From: an uncultured virus (IMG/VR IMGVR_UViG_3300020451_000536)
Taxonomy: Duplodnaviria > Heunggongvirae > Uroviricota > Caudoviricetes
Virus record (IMG/VR): IMGVR_UViG_3300020451_000536
Reading direction: 5' to 3' (one strand)
Length of the DNA stretch: 64,000 bases
In this document: positions 1 through 8,914 of the stretch, piece after piece
How the letters are laid out: every line of letters begins with the position of its first letter
Numbering within the stretch: position 1 is the first letter of the stretch
Program-made: the position numbers and the translations under genes
The notes under the pieces: model-generated
The model's input: only the letters and a program-made list of their open reading frames with translations
Told to the model about the DNA's origin: nothing
The model's database searches: none

Positions 1-321
1 CAAGTCAAGTCTTTTTTAATTTTTCTCGTATTTTTTTCAGAGTTGTTGTATTTTTGCAACGATAAACAACGAAATCAAAAGAACACCACATACTCTTTAT
101 TTTAACCTTTTTAAATATCTTACGCAATAGACTAAATAGAACTATGCAGTCATTTATTCTCGCACTTATTATCTTTGTATCATCTGAAGAGGAAAATAAG
201 TCTTATTCTATTGAGATGTATATGGAATCACATCAGATTTGTTTAGAGTTAGAATACATATTAAACCTTGCATTTATTGATGAAATAAACAGAAATGTCG
301 TGGTACGCAGTCAATGTATCT

Positions 322-876
322 CTAGGACTGAACTTTAGTAGAGAACCAACCAGTTAATATCTCTTTCTTATGTTTTTTAGATATAATACCTCTATGAGTA
401 TGAGTCCAATAGGCAGGCCACAATAGAGTTGTTCCCTTAACACATTCCGTCTTTATATTCTGATAGAGAAATTCAGTACCTCCATTAGGTGTGTTCGTTA
501 GATAAGTCATAAAGACGATTACACGACCACAGTCAAAGTTCTCAAAGTGGTAATCATAATATCCTTCTCCCTTATCATATCGTTGATAATTGATTCTCTC
601 ATAGACATTAAAATGTGGGTGTTTGTGAAGAAGGTCATACTTCTGTATATAATCGTCTAAACATTCTTGTAGGTGTATACGATAAGGTGCGATAATAGGG
701 TCATTAGGATTATATCCGTATTCTTTAGAACTCTTTACGGATTTATGTACTTCTCTTCCAAAATGAGTGTTGATTGCACCCTCTACGAGATACTTGTACT
801 TTTGTTCTAGGAAAGAGAAATCTACATCACAAGAATACGATTCTATGAAGTTTATTTCTTTCTTTTTGCTAACCAT
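322..876 (-). CDS. 2OG-Fe(II) oxygenase (prolyl 4-hydroxylase-like)
   Basis: HxE (YHFEN), FMTYL, GGTEF, WPAYWTHTHRG and terminal TGW motifs typical of marine phage 2OG-Fe(II) oxygenases. Confidence 0.85.
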   Translation of the reverse strand: MVSKKKEINFIESYSCDVDFSFLEQKYKYLVEGAINTHFGREVHKSVKSSKEYGYNPNDPIIAPYRIHLQECLDDYIQKYDLLHKHPHFNVYERINYQRYDKGEGYYDYHFENFDCGRVIVFMTYLTNTPNGGTEFLYQNIKTECVKGTTLLWPAYWTHTHRGIISKKHKKEILTGWFSTKVQS

Positions 877-1049
877 TTACCTTCAGTATATCCATTCTTA
901 TCACTTCTACCATTCCAATAATCTGGATTACCTTGAAATTCTATCATCTCATATCCTTCTTTAAATCCACCAATCAGTTTAGAAATCATAACAGATACCC
1001 TTGCGTTCCCAATCTCCATAACGAGTTGGTTCAAGTCCTTGAGGGCCAT
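852..1049 (-). CDS. hypothetical protein
   Basis: ORF on the coding strand overlapping the next gene start; no motif recognised. Confidence 0.4.
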   Translation of the reverse strand: MALKDLNQLVMEIGNARVSVMISKLIGGFKEGYEMIEFQGNPDYWNGRSDKNGYTEGKWLAKRKK

Positions 1050-1124
1050 CTATTTCTTTTGGTTTCTTAGGTTTGTCCGAAAACTGACCTAAATGTCTTT
1101 CTTCTATGTTGGGTTTATTCCACT

Positions 1125-1310
1125 TCATCTGATTCTCTCGTAAGCAAGGTTACAATAAGGACATCTTATAATTTTACCTAATGGTACATTAATATATACG
1201 ATAGGGTGGTCGTTCTCACAACTAATGACTTCCTCTGTAACTTTAATTGTTTTCTCTCTGGTGTCTTGTAAAACTTTGGTTATTCCACTCTTAATATCCT
1301 CATAACCCAT
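1125..1310 (-). CDS. zf-CHCC zinc-finger protein (NDUFS6/NUMM-like)
   Basis: C-x3-HP-x-VYI ... CPYC pattern (SCENDHPIVYINV...RCPYC); GGAG RBS upstream. Confidence 0.7.
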   Translation of the reverse strand: MGYEDIKSGITKVLQDTREKTIKVTEEVISCENDHPIVYINVPLGKIIRCPYCNLAYERIR

Positions 1311-1321
1311 TTACTTCTCCT

Positions 1322-1519
1322 TTAACTCATTAGGTTATACATTCTACGAAAACCGTGTAGACTCATTTGATGTTCAATATGTCGCATATCACTTGCATCT
1401 ATGCAGAATATATCTCGTATGTAATATTCTTCCTCTGGGTCATAGACTAACCCAATCGTGTTTGCATATATGTCAAGAAATAAACACTCTCTTTGTTTAG
1501 TGAATATTATCCGTTTCAT
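1322..1519 (-). CDS. hypothetical protein
   Basis: ORF on coding strand, tightly packed. Confidence 0.5.
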   Translation of the reverse strand: MKRIIFTKQRECLFLDIYANTIGLVYDPEEEYYIRDIFCIDASDMRHIEHQMSLHGFRRMYNLMS

Positions 1520-1831
1520 CTTCTTCTAATTCAAATTCAAATGTTAGTTCCTCATCATCTGTTGTGAATTCAACTACATTCTCCTCGTTGAATTTACGAT
1601 TCTGAGCGTTTTTAAAATTAAGTATCTTTGATTTTTTTGGGCTTGTCATACCAATTCTCCATTATGTCGTCTGGGGGTGTAAATAAAAACTTCACCGATT
1701 TCTTTGAGAGATTAAGTCCTAAAGAAGTATTAAGATGTTCCCTTATCTTCTCTAGTTTAATCCTCTCTCGGTGTTCGGCAAATGATATTATTCTTCCCAT
1801 ACTACTATGTATATGAAAAAATTTTCTTACT

Positions 1832-2155
1832 CTAAACTGGTGTAGGAATACCACTACCACCACACGGCGGTATGTTATACTCATCTGAGTATCTTCCAAA
1901 AGTATCGTAATATCTAATAGAACTCATATTGTCTGCGATATTGGAAGTAACTCTGATTTGAATTTCTCCAAATAACTCTTTATACCTATCAAAGAATATC
2001 GTTGCATCACAATCTTCTTCTAAATAAACCCAATCGTTTTTTTGATAGGAAAAACTAGAAATCTTACCTAGTAAATTCATCTTTCTTAATAGTTTTCTAG
2101 AAACCTTATACCAACCGTGGCCTGGGTCTTGAAAATGTTTAATCGTCTTAATCAT
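1832..2155 (-). CDS. conserved phage hypothetical (DPGHGW...LEEDCD family)
   Basis: DPGHGW and YLEEDCDA motifs recurrent in small phage early proteins. Confidence 0.65.
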   Translation of the reverse strand: MIKTIKHFQDPGHGWYKVSRKLLRKMNLLGKISSFSYQKNDWVYLEEDCDATIFFDRYKELFGEIQIRVTSNIADNMSSIRYYDTFGRYSDEYNIPPCGGSGIPTPV

Positions 2156-2268
2156 TATATAATCTACTCTTTCTATTCATTAATGTTTTTATTCTTTGCA
2201 TATCGTTTTTTCTCAAAGCAACTTGCAAATCTCCATATATTTTATCCAATAGTTGGATTTTTCTCTGA

Positions 2269-2469
2269 TTACTGAGTGGCACTAACACCCTCATCAATCA
2301 AAGGAATCTCAATATTTTGGTGTTCATCTAAATCTTCCACCAAAGAATACAAATCATCTAATGCACCTTCTACACCATAACCTTTATCGTCATTGGCAGT
2401 ATCTATTGCAGTTTGTATTATGTCTTGAATTTCGTTTACTGTATAACCAGCTTTCATTCTTTTTGCCAT
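2269..2469 (-). CDS. early hypothetical protein (acidic)
   Basis: AAAGGA RBS, directly downstream of sigma70 promoter at 2496-2524. Confidence 0.65.
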   Translation of the reverse strand: MAKRMKAGYTVNEIQDIIQTAIDTANDDKGYGVEGALDDLYSLVEDLDEHQNIEIPLIDEGVSATQ

Positions 2470-2495
2470 AATTTATCCTTTCTCATTATATTAAT

Positions 2496-2524
2496 ATTAT
2501 ACTATACTTTGATAGTATTGTCAA
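2496..2524 (-). promoter_or_regulatory. sigma70-type early promoter
   Basis: TTGACA-17 nt-TATAAT on minus strand. Confidence 0.85.
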
Positions 2525-2525
2525 G

Positions 2526-2735
2526 TTAAAAATCATCTCTGTCTATGATTTTATTTTCTACAAGAGTATCTATTTTTTTGTTGATTACTTCTTGTAATTT
2601 ATTCATTGCAGTACAAGCATTGACTATTCCTACTCTAGGGTCATAGTCATTGTTATATGATACTAGTGCATCTTTCAAATTGATATCCATAGTATCAAAT
2701 AACTTTTCTATATTTTCTATCTTTGTAATATCCAT
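2526..2735 (-). CDS. early hypothetical protein
   Basis: ORF with AGAGGA RBS in early cluster. Confidence 0.6.
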   Translation of the reverse strand: MDITKIENIEKLFDTMDINLKDALVSYNNDYDPRVGIVNACTAMNKLQEVINKKIDTLVENKIIDRDDF

Positions 2736-2743
2736 ATTGTCCT

Positions 2744-2929
2744 CTAAAATTTTAGTTTATATTCTTTTTCAGTAATAGACACGATTTTGTCTTCGCCTGT
2801 GTACTCAAAAATCTTGTTATTATTCTTAACATACACCTTGTATTCTTCTGGTGTAAACTTTCTACTTGCATAGTGGGGATAACCCAAATTTTTCCAAACT
2901 CTTCTAGTTTTTGACATATTCACCTCCAT
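2744..2929 (-). CDS. early hypothetical protein
   Basis: ORF in early cluster; GGAGGTG RBS suggests true start at MSKTRR. Confidence 0.55.
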   Translation of the reverse strand: MEVNMSKTRRVWKNLGYPHYASRKFTPEEYKVYVKNNNKIFEYTGEDKIVSITEKEYKLKF

Positions 2930-3128
2930 TGTTAACAGTATAACCTTCTACATCTGGGTTATACATTCCATCTAAAACATTTTCCCAATGTGTTTCTGGG
3001 TCAATGTCATACTTCTTACAAATAACTGCAAATTCTCCATAGTAATTTCCCTCTGGATATTGACCAGCTAAACTTGCTTGTTCATTTAGAACTAAATCTA
3101 TACATTTTAGTGCATCTTTTTTATTCAT
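2904..3128 (-). CDS. early hypothetical protein
   Basis: GAAAGGT RBS, downstream of promoter cassette 3158-3186. Confidence 0.6.
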   Translation of the reverse strand: MNKKDALKCIDLVLNEQASLAGQYPEGNYYGEFAVICKKYDIDPETHWENVLDGMYNPDVEGYTVNNGGEYVKN

Positions 3129-3134
3129 AATTAC

Positions 3135-3187
3135 CTTTCTTTCTTGATTATATTACTATTATACTTTGTTTTAAGAACAATGTCAAG
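3135..3187 (-). repeat. early promoter cassette (TTGACA-17-TATAAT with palindromic spacer), copy A
   Basis: 52/53 nt identical to 34605-34657; spacer contains TTGTTCTTAAAACAA inverted repeat. Confidence 0.85.
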
Positions 3188-3195
3188 CACTTTTT

Positions 3196-3444
3196 TTAAA
3201 CTTTTTCAGAAATATCTTTAATAGTATTATGAAAATTTTCATAAGTATCTATCATAGACTCTAAATCTGATTCTGAAAAATCAGTAAAGTCTTTGTTATT
3301 GTACTTTGGATATTGTGGTTCAAAATAAGTAGGGCCTCCATTTCCGTCATTCCAGATAGAACCCTCATTAGTTTTTGCCTCATATCCTAAACCACGATTT
3401 GTTTCAAAATATCTTACACTTTTTACTATCATATCTTTAATCAT
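3196..3444 (-). CDS. early hypothetical protein
   Basis: ORF with GAGG RBS; NDGNGG motif seen in small phage proteins. Confidence 0.6.
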   Translation of the reverse strand: MIKDMIVKSVRYFETNRGLGYEAKTNEGSIWNDGNGGPTYFEPQYPKYNNKDFTDFSESDLESMIDTYENFHNTIKDISEKV

Positions 3445-3453
3445 ATTAACCTC

Positions 3454-3870
3454 TTATAGTTGATGAAAATGTTCTTCGTCAATATCTCCAACAAGTTTGT
3501 TGAAACCACCAATAACATTACCAGAATAATCAGGCAACCATTGATTTGCAAAAGTCTGTAAATCTTGAACTTCATAGAACAACTTGTCTTTGACTTTCTC
3601 ATCAGTTTTGAAGTTTCCGTCTTTTAACTTATCCTTAACTACACCTTTAACAGTTTGTATAACTTCAATGTAATCAATCAAAGCGTCTTCTAACTCATTA
3701 AGACCCTCATACATTTGAGTAACACCGTCAAAATTATTTTCTAAATCACTATACTTAACATAGTTTCCGTCTTTATCAACATTTTGTTTGTTAAACTTTT
3801 CAAATGCACTATCAATCAATGCATCTTTGTCAACACCTTTAGCTCTCTCTAAACTTACATAACTTTTCAT
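3454..3870 (-). CDS. early hypothetical protein
   Basis: ORF directly downstream of promoter 3904-3932. Confidence 0.65.
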   Translation of the reverse strand: MKSYVSLERAKGVDKDALIDSAFEKFNKQNVDKDGNYVKYSDLENNFDGVTQMYEGLNELEDALIDYIEVIQTVKGVVKDKLKDGNFKTDEKVKDKLFYEVQDLQTFANQWLPDYSGNVIGGFNKLVGDIDEEHFHQL

Positions 3871-3903
3871 ATTTTTCTCTCTTTCTTTCTTGATTATATT
3901 ATT

Positions 3904-3932
3904 ATTATACTATGTTCTGACAACAATGTCAA
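3904..3932 (-). promoter_or_regulatory. sigma70-type early promoter cassette
   Basis: TTGACA-17-TATAAT; leader ...TAATCAAGAAAGAAAG shared with copies at 3135 and 34605. Confidence 0.85.
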
Positions 3933-3945
3933 GTCTTTTTTTAAA

Positions 3946-4233
3946 TTATTTTGCTAATTTTCTTACTAAATCGTTCATTGTATAAGTTCCAGGCGATTCA
4001 GCTGTAACTAAATCTGCAAGTTGTAAGAACTCACTTAATGGCATACACTCTAATTCAAAATAACTAACATTTTCTTGTAGTTTTCTACTTGGTGTATAAT
4101 CACCACTTTTTAACCAATCATTACCTTTTAGTAATTCTTGTACATTATCTTTAGACCACTTCTCAATCTTTTTTCTGTGTTCTATTCTTTCCATTTGTGT
4201 CATCTTATAACCTTCTTTATAACTTTCTTTCAT
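3946..4233 (-). CDS. early hypothetical protein
   Basis: ORF downstream of promoter 4267-4295. Confidence 0.6.
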   Translation of the reverse strand: MKESYKEGYKMTQMERIEHRKKIEKWSKDNVQELLKGNDWLKSGDYTPSRKLQENVSYFELECMPLSEFLQLADLVTAESPGTYTMNDLVRKLAK

Positions 4234-4266
4234 AATATATTGCCTTTCTTTTTTAATTATGTCTCT

Positions 4267-4295
4267 ATCTTAACATTGTTTTAAAAACAAGTCAA
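4267..4295 (-). promoter_or_regulatory. sigma70-type early promoter cassette
   Basis: TTGACT-17-TAAGAT with TTGTTTTTAAAACAA palindromic spacer; A-rich UP element upstream. Confidence 0.7.
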
Positions 4296-4338
4296 GTCTT
4301 TTTTATATTTTTTTTTAGATTGTTGTAGAACTACAACA

Positions 4339-4482
4339 TTACTTGGATTTGTTGTGTAAATCAAAAAGGGTCTTAACCTTTTCTTCTAATACTTGGATTC
4401 TCATATACATTTGTGATAACACTACTACTAGTGTAATGAAACCTATAAACATAGGCCACAATGAATTGATTAATTCTAACAT
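4339..4482 (-). CDS. small membrane protein (47 aa, not in ORF track)
   Basis: MLELINSLWPMFIGFITLVVVLSQMYMRIQVLEEKVKTLFDLHNKSK; AGGAGAG RBS. Confidence 0.55.
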   Translation of the reverse strand: MLELINSLWPMFIGFITLVVVLSQMYMRIQVLEEKVKTLFDLHNKSK

Positions 4483-4531
4483 CTCTCTCTCCTACTAATA
4501 TTTATTAGTTGTCAAGAAAATGACAGTCTTT

Positions 4532-5278
4532 TTAATTTGACACTTGTAATTTCTTGATTTCAGAAATCGCTTTCGCTGGATTTAGACCTTTAGGACAAGT
4601 CTTAGTGCAATTCATTATAGTATGACAACGATACAATTTAAATGCATCATTTAATTGTTTTAGTCTTTCTTTTTTATTCTTATCTCTACTATCTACTATG
4701 AAACGATATGCTTGTAGTAGTATCGCAGGCCCTAGAAACTTTTCACTATTCCACCAATAACTAGGACACGAGGTGGAACAACAAGCACATAATATACACT
4801 CATATAATCCGTCTAACTTTTTTCTATCCTCTGGTAATTGTATGTGTTCTTTTTTAGGTTTCTTACCAGTAACGACATATGGTTTAATACTTTTATATTG
4901 TTCAAAGAATGGTTCTAAGTCTACAACTAAATCTTTTATGACACTCATATGTGGTAGTGGATAGATGTTAAATTCTTTCTGGTCAATAGGTGTTAAACAC
5001 GCAAGGGTATTTGTACCATTGATGTTCATAGAACAACTACCACAGATACCTTCTCTACAACTTCTTCTAAATGTAAGTGTGGGGTCTACATTATTTTTGA
5101 TGTACATAATCGCATCTAATAACATAGGCCCCATTTTTGATTTATTTAAGTGATATGTATTGATACTAGGGTTCTTCCCATTATCACGATTCCAACGATA
5201 GATATTCAATACTAAATTCTTTTTAGTTCCAAAGGTTTTACCTTTTACTATTTTAGAATTTTTAGGTAAACTAAACAT
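4532..5278 (-). CDS. sdhB: succinate dehydrogenase iron-sulfur subunit
   Basis: [10 protein letters not shown] (2Fe-2S), [17 protein letters not shown] (4Fe-4S), [17 protein letters not shown] (3Fe-4S); alphaproteobacterial-like N-terminus LPKNSKI. Confidence 0.97.
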   Translation of the reverse strand: MFSLPKNSKIVKGKTFGTKKNLVLNIYRWNRDNGKNPSINTYHLNKSKMGPMLLDAIMYIKNNVDPTLTFRRSCREGICGSCSMNINGTNTLACLTPIDQKEFNIYPLPHMSVIKDLVVDLEPFFEQYKSIKPYVVTGKKPKKEHIQLPEDRKKLDGLYECILCACCSTSCPSYWWNSEKFLGPAILLQAYRFIVDSRDKNKKERLKQLNDAFKLYRCHTIMNCTKTCPKGLNPAKAISEIKKLQVSN

Positions 5279-5385
5279 ATAAAGATACTAAAATCACAGC
5301 GACTACAATTATTAATAGAACTGTATCAACTAAATTAAGTTTCCAGTATATCTTATCAAACCTTTTGAAGTTTTTGAAATCTTCA

Positions 5386-5502
5386 TCATCCATGTTTCTT
5401 ATAACCCCATCTGTTTTCAGACATATCCCAAACTCTTTTACATTCGTCTGGTATTCTGATTAACATATTACTTAATTTTATGATGTTCTTTGTAACTTGC
5501 AT
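5386..5502 (-). CDS. small hypothetical protein (38 aa, not in ORF track)
   Basis: MQVTKNIIKLSNMLIRIPDECKRVWDMSENRWGYKKHG with AAGGAG RBS, downstream of late promoter 5593-5600. Confidence 0.5.
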   Translation of the reverse strand: MQVTKNIIKLSNMLIRIPDECKRVWDMSENRWGYKKHG

Positions 5503-5592
5503 AATATTCTCCTTATGGTTAACAATTTGAACATTACGCCCTTTTAACTGATGGACTATCAGTCACTTTTGAACCATGTGATATGGTACTAC

Positions 5593-5600
5593 TATTTATA
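5593..5600 (-). promoter_or_regulatory. T4-type late promoter
   Basis: TATAAATA on minus strand, intergenic, upstream of the small-ORF/sdhB run. Confidence 0.65.
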
Positions 5601-5888
5601 AGACTAATCTCTCCACATAAGAATAATAAAGAGGGGTATGATTAAGAGTCCTATTAATCCCACAATCCTAACAATATAGAAAGTATTACTAACATAAAAA
5701 GTATAATTGGTATTAATCCTATTAAGTCAAACATACTTTTTTTAACCCTTTCTCATACTCCTCTTTTGTCTTGTACCATTTTAAAATATAACCAGAACCT
5801 AATTCTGGTATTTGTACTTCAATGAACCAGATTTTTACATCTTGGTCATATCCGTGATAAACTTCATATTTTGAAATAGGTATGTTAC

Positions 5889-5999
5889 CTATGTTTCTAT
5901 TTCTCGGCATTTTTCACAATAACATTGTTTACAATCATTAAGAACTTCTCCACAATGAGAATCATGTCCACAGTTTTTACAAAATTTACTAGTTATCAT
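5889..5999 (-). CDS. small Cys/His-rich metal-binding peptide (36 aa)
   Basis: MITSKFCKNCGHDSHCGEVLNDCKQCYCEKCREIET; start overlaps iscU end. Confidence 0.5.
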   Translation of the reverse strand: MITSKFCKNCGHDSHCGEVLNDCKQCYCEKCREIET

Positions 6000-6381
6000 C
6001 ACAACTGCATTTTTTTTTATAATCAGTGATTGCACTTTTGACAGCATCTTCTGCAAGTACCGAACAGTGTATTTTAACTGGCGGTAATGCGAGTTCTGTC
6101 GCAATCTCTGTGTTTTTAATTGATTGTGCTTTGTCAATATGAACTCCTTTCACCCACTCAGTAACAAGTGAACTTGAAGCTATTGCAGAACCACATCCAA
6201 ATGTTTTAAATTTAGCGTCTGTTATAATACCTTTGTCATCAACCTCTATTTGAAGTTTCATAACATCACCACACGCAGGCGCCCCTACTAGACCAGTACC
6301 CACATTTTTCTTGGTCTTATCTAATGTCCCAACATTCCTTGGGTTCTCGTAATGGTCTATTAATTGTTTACTGTATGCCAT
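5989..6381 (-). CDS. iscU: Fe-S cluster scaffold protein IscU
   Basis: DHYENPRNVG, GAPACGDVM, FKTFGCGSAIASSS, LPPVKIHCS motifs. Confidence 0.97.
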   Translation of the reverse strand: MAYSKQLIDHYENPRNVGTLDKTKKNVGTGLVGAPACGDVMKLQIEVDDKGIITDAKFKTFGCGSAIASSSLVTEWVKGVHIDKAQSIKNTEIATELALPPVKIHCSVLAEDAVKSAITDYKKKCSCDDN

Positions 6382-6415
6382 TTAAAACTCCTACAATAGT
6401 TTATTGCATATATAT

Positions 6416-6802
6416 TTATGGTTTTCTCTTCTCTGTAATACTATTTTGACAAGGATAACCTATGCTTGTTGTAACAACAACTGTTTCTTTATCAGTACAT
6501 TCATAAAAACACTTTCTCTCTTCTTCTCTTCTACTTCTGTCTATCTTCTCATCATATAATCTACAAAATACATAATATTCTTTTCGTTCTCCATAAAATC
6601 TACCCTTACTAGGGTCAATTTTTGCATAATGACCAATTCCGTGATTACAATCTTTAGTGTGTATGTGTTCTACTGTATTACCTTTTGATACTGAAATCGC
6701 AATAGCAAAACATATAATTAAAAATAATATTGTTGTCACAAAGACTCTAAACAATATTGCACTTAATACCTTTTTAAACACTAAAAGATTCTCCACACCC
6801 AC
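6416..6802 (-). CDS. membrane-anchored/secreted Cys-containing hypothetical protein
   Basis: N-terminal hydrophobic helix, paired Cys; start uncertain. Confidence 0.5.
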   Translation of the reverse strand: MGVENLLVFKKVLSAILFRVFVTTILFLIICFAIAISVSKGNTVEHIHTKDCNHGIGHYAKIDPSKGRFYGERKEYYVFCRLYDEKIDRSRREEERKCFYECTDKETVVVTTSIGYPCQNSITEKRKP

Positions 6803-7094
6803 AACTTGACTTCGTAAGTGGGTTATTAATTTTTAGAAAACTACCCATAATCTCTTGTACATAATCTATTTCACTACCCATAATATACATCTCTGCAACT
6901 TTATCTACTGCAAGAGATACCTCATCTTTTATATGAAATATAGTATGTCCTTTATCAGGCTCATCTATATAATCCCACTTGTAACTAAAACCAGCACAAC
7001 CACCACCACTTACACCAAAAGATACAAACTTCTTATCGTTCTTTTTTGCGATGTCGTACAAGTATTTTTTTGCGTTTTCTGTTATCGTTATCAT
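6774..7094 (-). CDS. iscA: A-type Fe-S carrier (IscA/HesB family)
   Basis: ITITENA, GGGCAGFSY, INNP...SSCGCGESF motifs. Confidence 0.93.
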   Translation of the reverse strand: MITITENAKKYLYDIAKKNDKKFVSFGVSGGGCAGFSYKWDYIDEPDKGHTIFHIKDEVSLAVDKVAEMYIMGSEIDYVQEIMGSFLKINNPLTKSSCGCGESFSV

Positions 7095-7210
7095 TTAAAT
7101 ATTTATTAAATTTAAGTCAATCAAAATTTCAGAAATGTGTAAAACTATCTCTATAATCAATAATGTTATAATTACCTTTATTGCTGGTATATATGGCATA
7201 GTTCTCTCCT

Positions 7211-8092
7211 CTATTCGTAATACTCCATAGTAACACCATTTTTAGTTTTTGTAATCTTTCTCGCAGTACCATCACCGATTGGTTCTTCCTTAACAAGTAT
7301 CTTGTTCTTTCTTTGTTTTCGCAACAACTTATCTTTGATTCTTTTTCTTTTATTTAAAACATCTCTAATCGTTATATTTGCAGCCACGACTAGAAGAACT
7401 GCAAGTGGGTCAAACACAAATACTAAAATTAATATAACCCATCTTACTGCATTTTCTAAAAATGTAAGTGCATCATCACCATATAGTAATGCAGAAATAT
7501 ATTTTAGTGGGCCGACCTCAACCTCAAAGTTTTTAATCTCTAATGTATATTCAGATTTCTGGTCAAGATACTCATCAATCTTTTCTTGTGATTTATTAAC
7601 CATATTGGTTAGTTTGAGTCTTTCTTCTTCTTGACTTTCTCTTCTATCTAAACCTTTTGATACTGCACCTAATTCTACATATCTTTCTAGTGCCTTATCT
7701 AAATTCTCTAATTGTCTTTCTGCCCTATCAATTACCTTTTGTTCTGATGCAATCCTACTATTTACTCTATCAAGTTTTATTGACACTTGAGAAGTGTTTG
7801 TACCAGCATCAATGTGTGACTTTGATAGATAACCAAATATACCCATAGAAGTAATAAACATTAATATCACTACTGCACTTGTTAAATAATATTTTAAGAC
7901 TTTGGGAACGGTTTTCCAGTTTTGATATAACCAAGATGCAGTAACAAGTTTACCTATCTCTAGTACAACTCCCATTACTGCAATAGAAAATGCAGCTGCA
8001 GAAAATATCGCCATTAAACCAACAATACTATAATAGGCTGCAACTGCACTAATTGATAGTGCAACAAAAAGTGTTACTAATCCAAAGAACAT
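7211..8092 (-). CDS. multi-pass membrane protein with coiled coil (DUF4407-like phage protein)
   Basis: three N-terminal TM helices, coiled coil, C-terminal FDPLAV TM helix. Confidence 0.65.
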   Translation of the reverse strand: MFFGLVTLFVALSISAVAAYYSIVGLMAIFSAAAFSIAVMGVVLEIGKLVTASWLYQNWKTVPKVLKYYLTSAVVILMFITSMGIFGYLSKSHIDAGTNTSQVSIKLDRVNSRIASEQKVIDRAERQLENLDKALERYVELGAVSKGLDRRESQEEERLKLTNMVNKSQEKIDEYLDQKSEYTLEIKNFEVEVGPLKYISALLYGDDALTFLENAVRWVILILVFVFDPLAVLLVVAANITIRDVLNKRKRIKDKLLRKQRKNKILVKEEPIGDGTARKITKTKNGVTMEYYE

Positions 8093-8212
8093 AATTTTTG
8101 ATACTTCTCAGTTACGAGTAATTTAGTCTTCAACCAAAACTCTTTCATATCTAAATCTTGACAATCTCTCAATGCAGTATCGCAATTATTGATTAGTCTT
8201 TGATACCTAATC

Positions 8213-8452
8213 TTAATCTTTTCTGTGTGGGTCATTTTCGCAAACTTGTCTGAAAAAAACATAACTCTCACCTACTGGTGGATTCAAAGTTAGTGCTGGG
8301 TTCTTAATGTCAGTTTGTTTACCGACATATTTCCACTCACATGGGCCATACATCTTTTCCATTTTTTGTTTGTGTGCAAAAAATTCTGCCTCACCTATAA
8401 CAAATAAGTTAGACATAATTGTGAAAAAAGTTCCTAATGCAAATAATAACAT
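8213..8452 (-). CDS. small secreted/membrane hypothetical protein
   Basis: hydrophobic N-terminus, two Cys. Confidence 0.45.
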   Translation of the reverse strand: MLLFALGTFFTIMSNLFVIGEAEFFAHKQKMEKMYGPCEWKYVGKQTDIKNPALTLNPPVGESYVFFRQVCENDPHRKD

Positions 8453-8617
8453 TTTAATATCCTATTATATTGTTGTTAACGAGAGGTTTACCTTCTCTGT
8501 AATCGTTTTTTATATAATCAATCATTTGTTCTAAAACAAATTGTTGGTCTTCATTTCCATATTCCAATGTATCTTCGTGGATTTCTTGCATCCAACTTAG
8601 TAATTGTTTATGTGTAA

Positions 8618-8902
8618 TCATATGTCCGTACCACCTCTCTTTAATAATATATCTTGTAAAGTTTTTTCGTCTATTTTATAATCATACTCATATTTATAAA
8701 TATCTTCATCATCAATAGTAGAAGTACACTCAAAGAATAAGTCTATGGTATTACCCAAGAAATTGATTGTAATATCATTTTGTTTTTCTAACTCAGTATG
8801 ACAATCAAATTCACTCATTTGTTTTCGTTCTATCTGTATCTCTTGGTGTTCACCATTAGGAAAATTAAATAGAATAGTTATAAGTAATGTAAATTCTTTC
8901 AT
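8618..8902 (-). CDS. hypothetical protein
   Basis: ORF on coding strand. Confidence 0.5.
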   Translation of the reverse strand: MKEFTLLITILFNFPNGEHQEIQIERKQMSEFDCHTELEKQNDITINFLGNTIDLFFECTSTIDDEDIYKYEYDYKIDEKTLQDILLKRGGTDI

Positions 8903-8914
8903 ATCAGTATTTTA

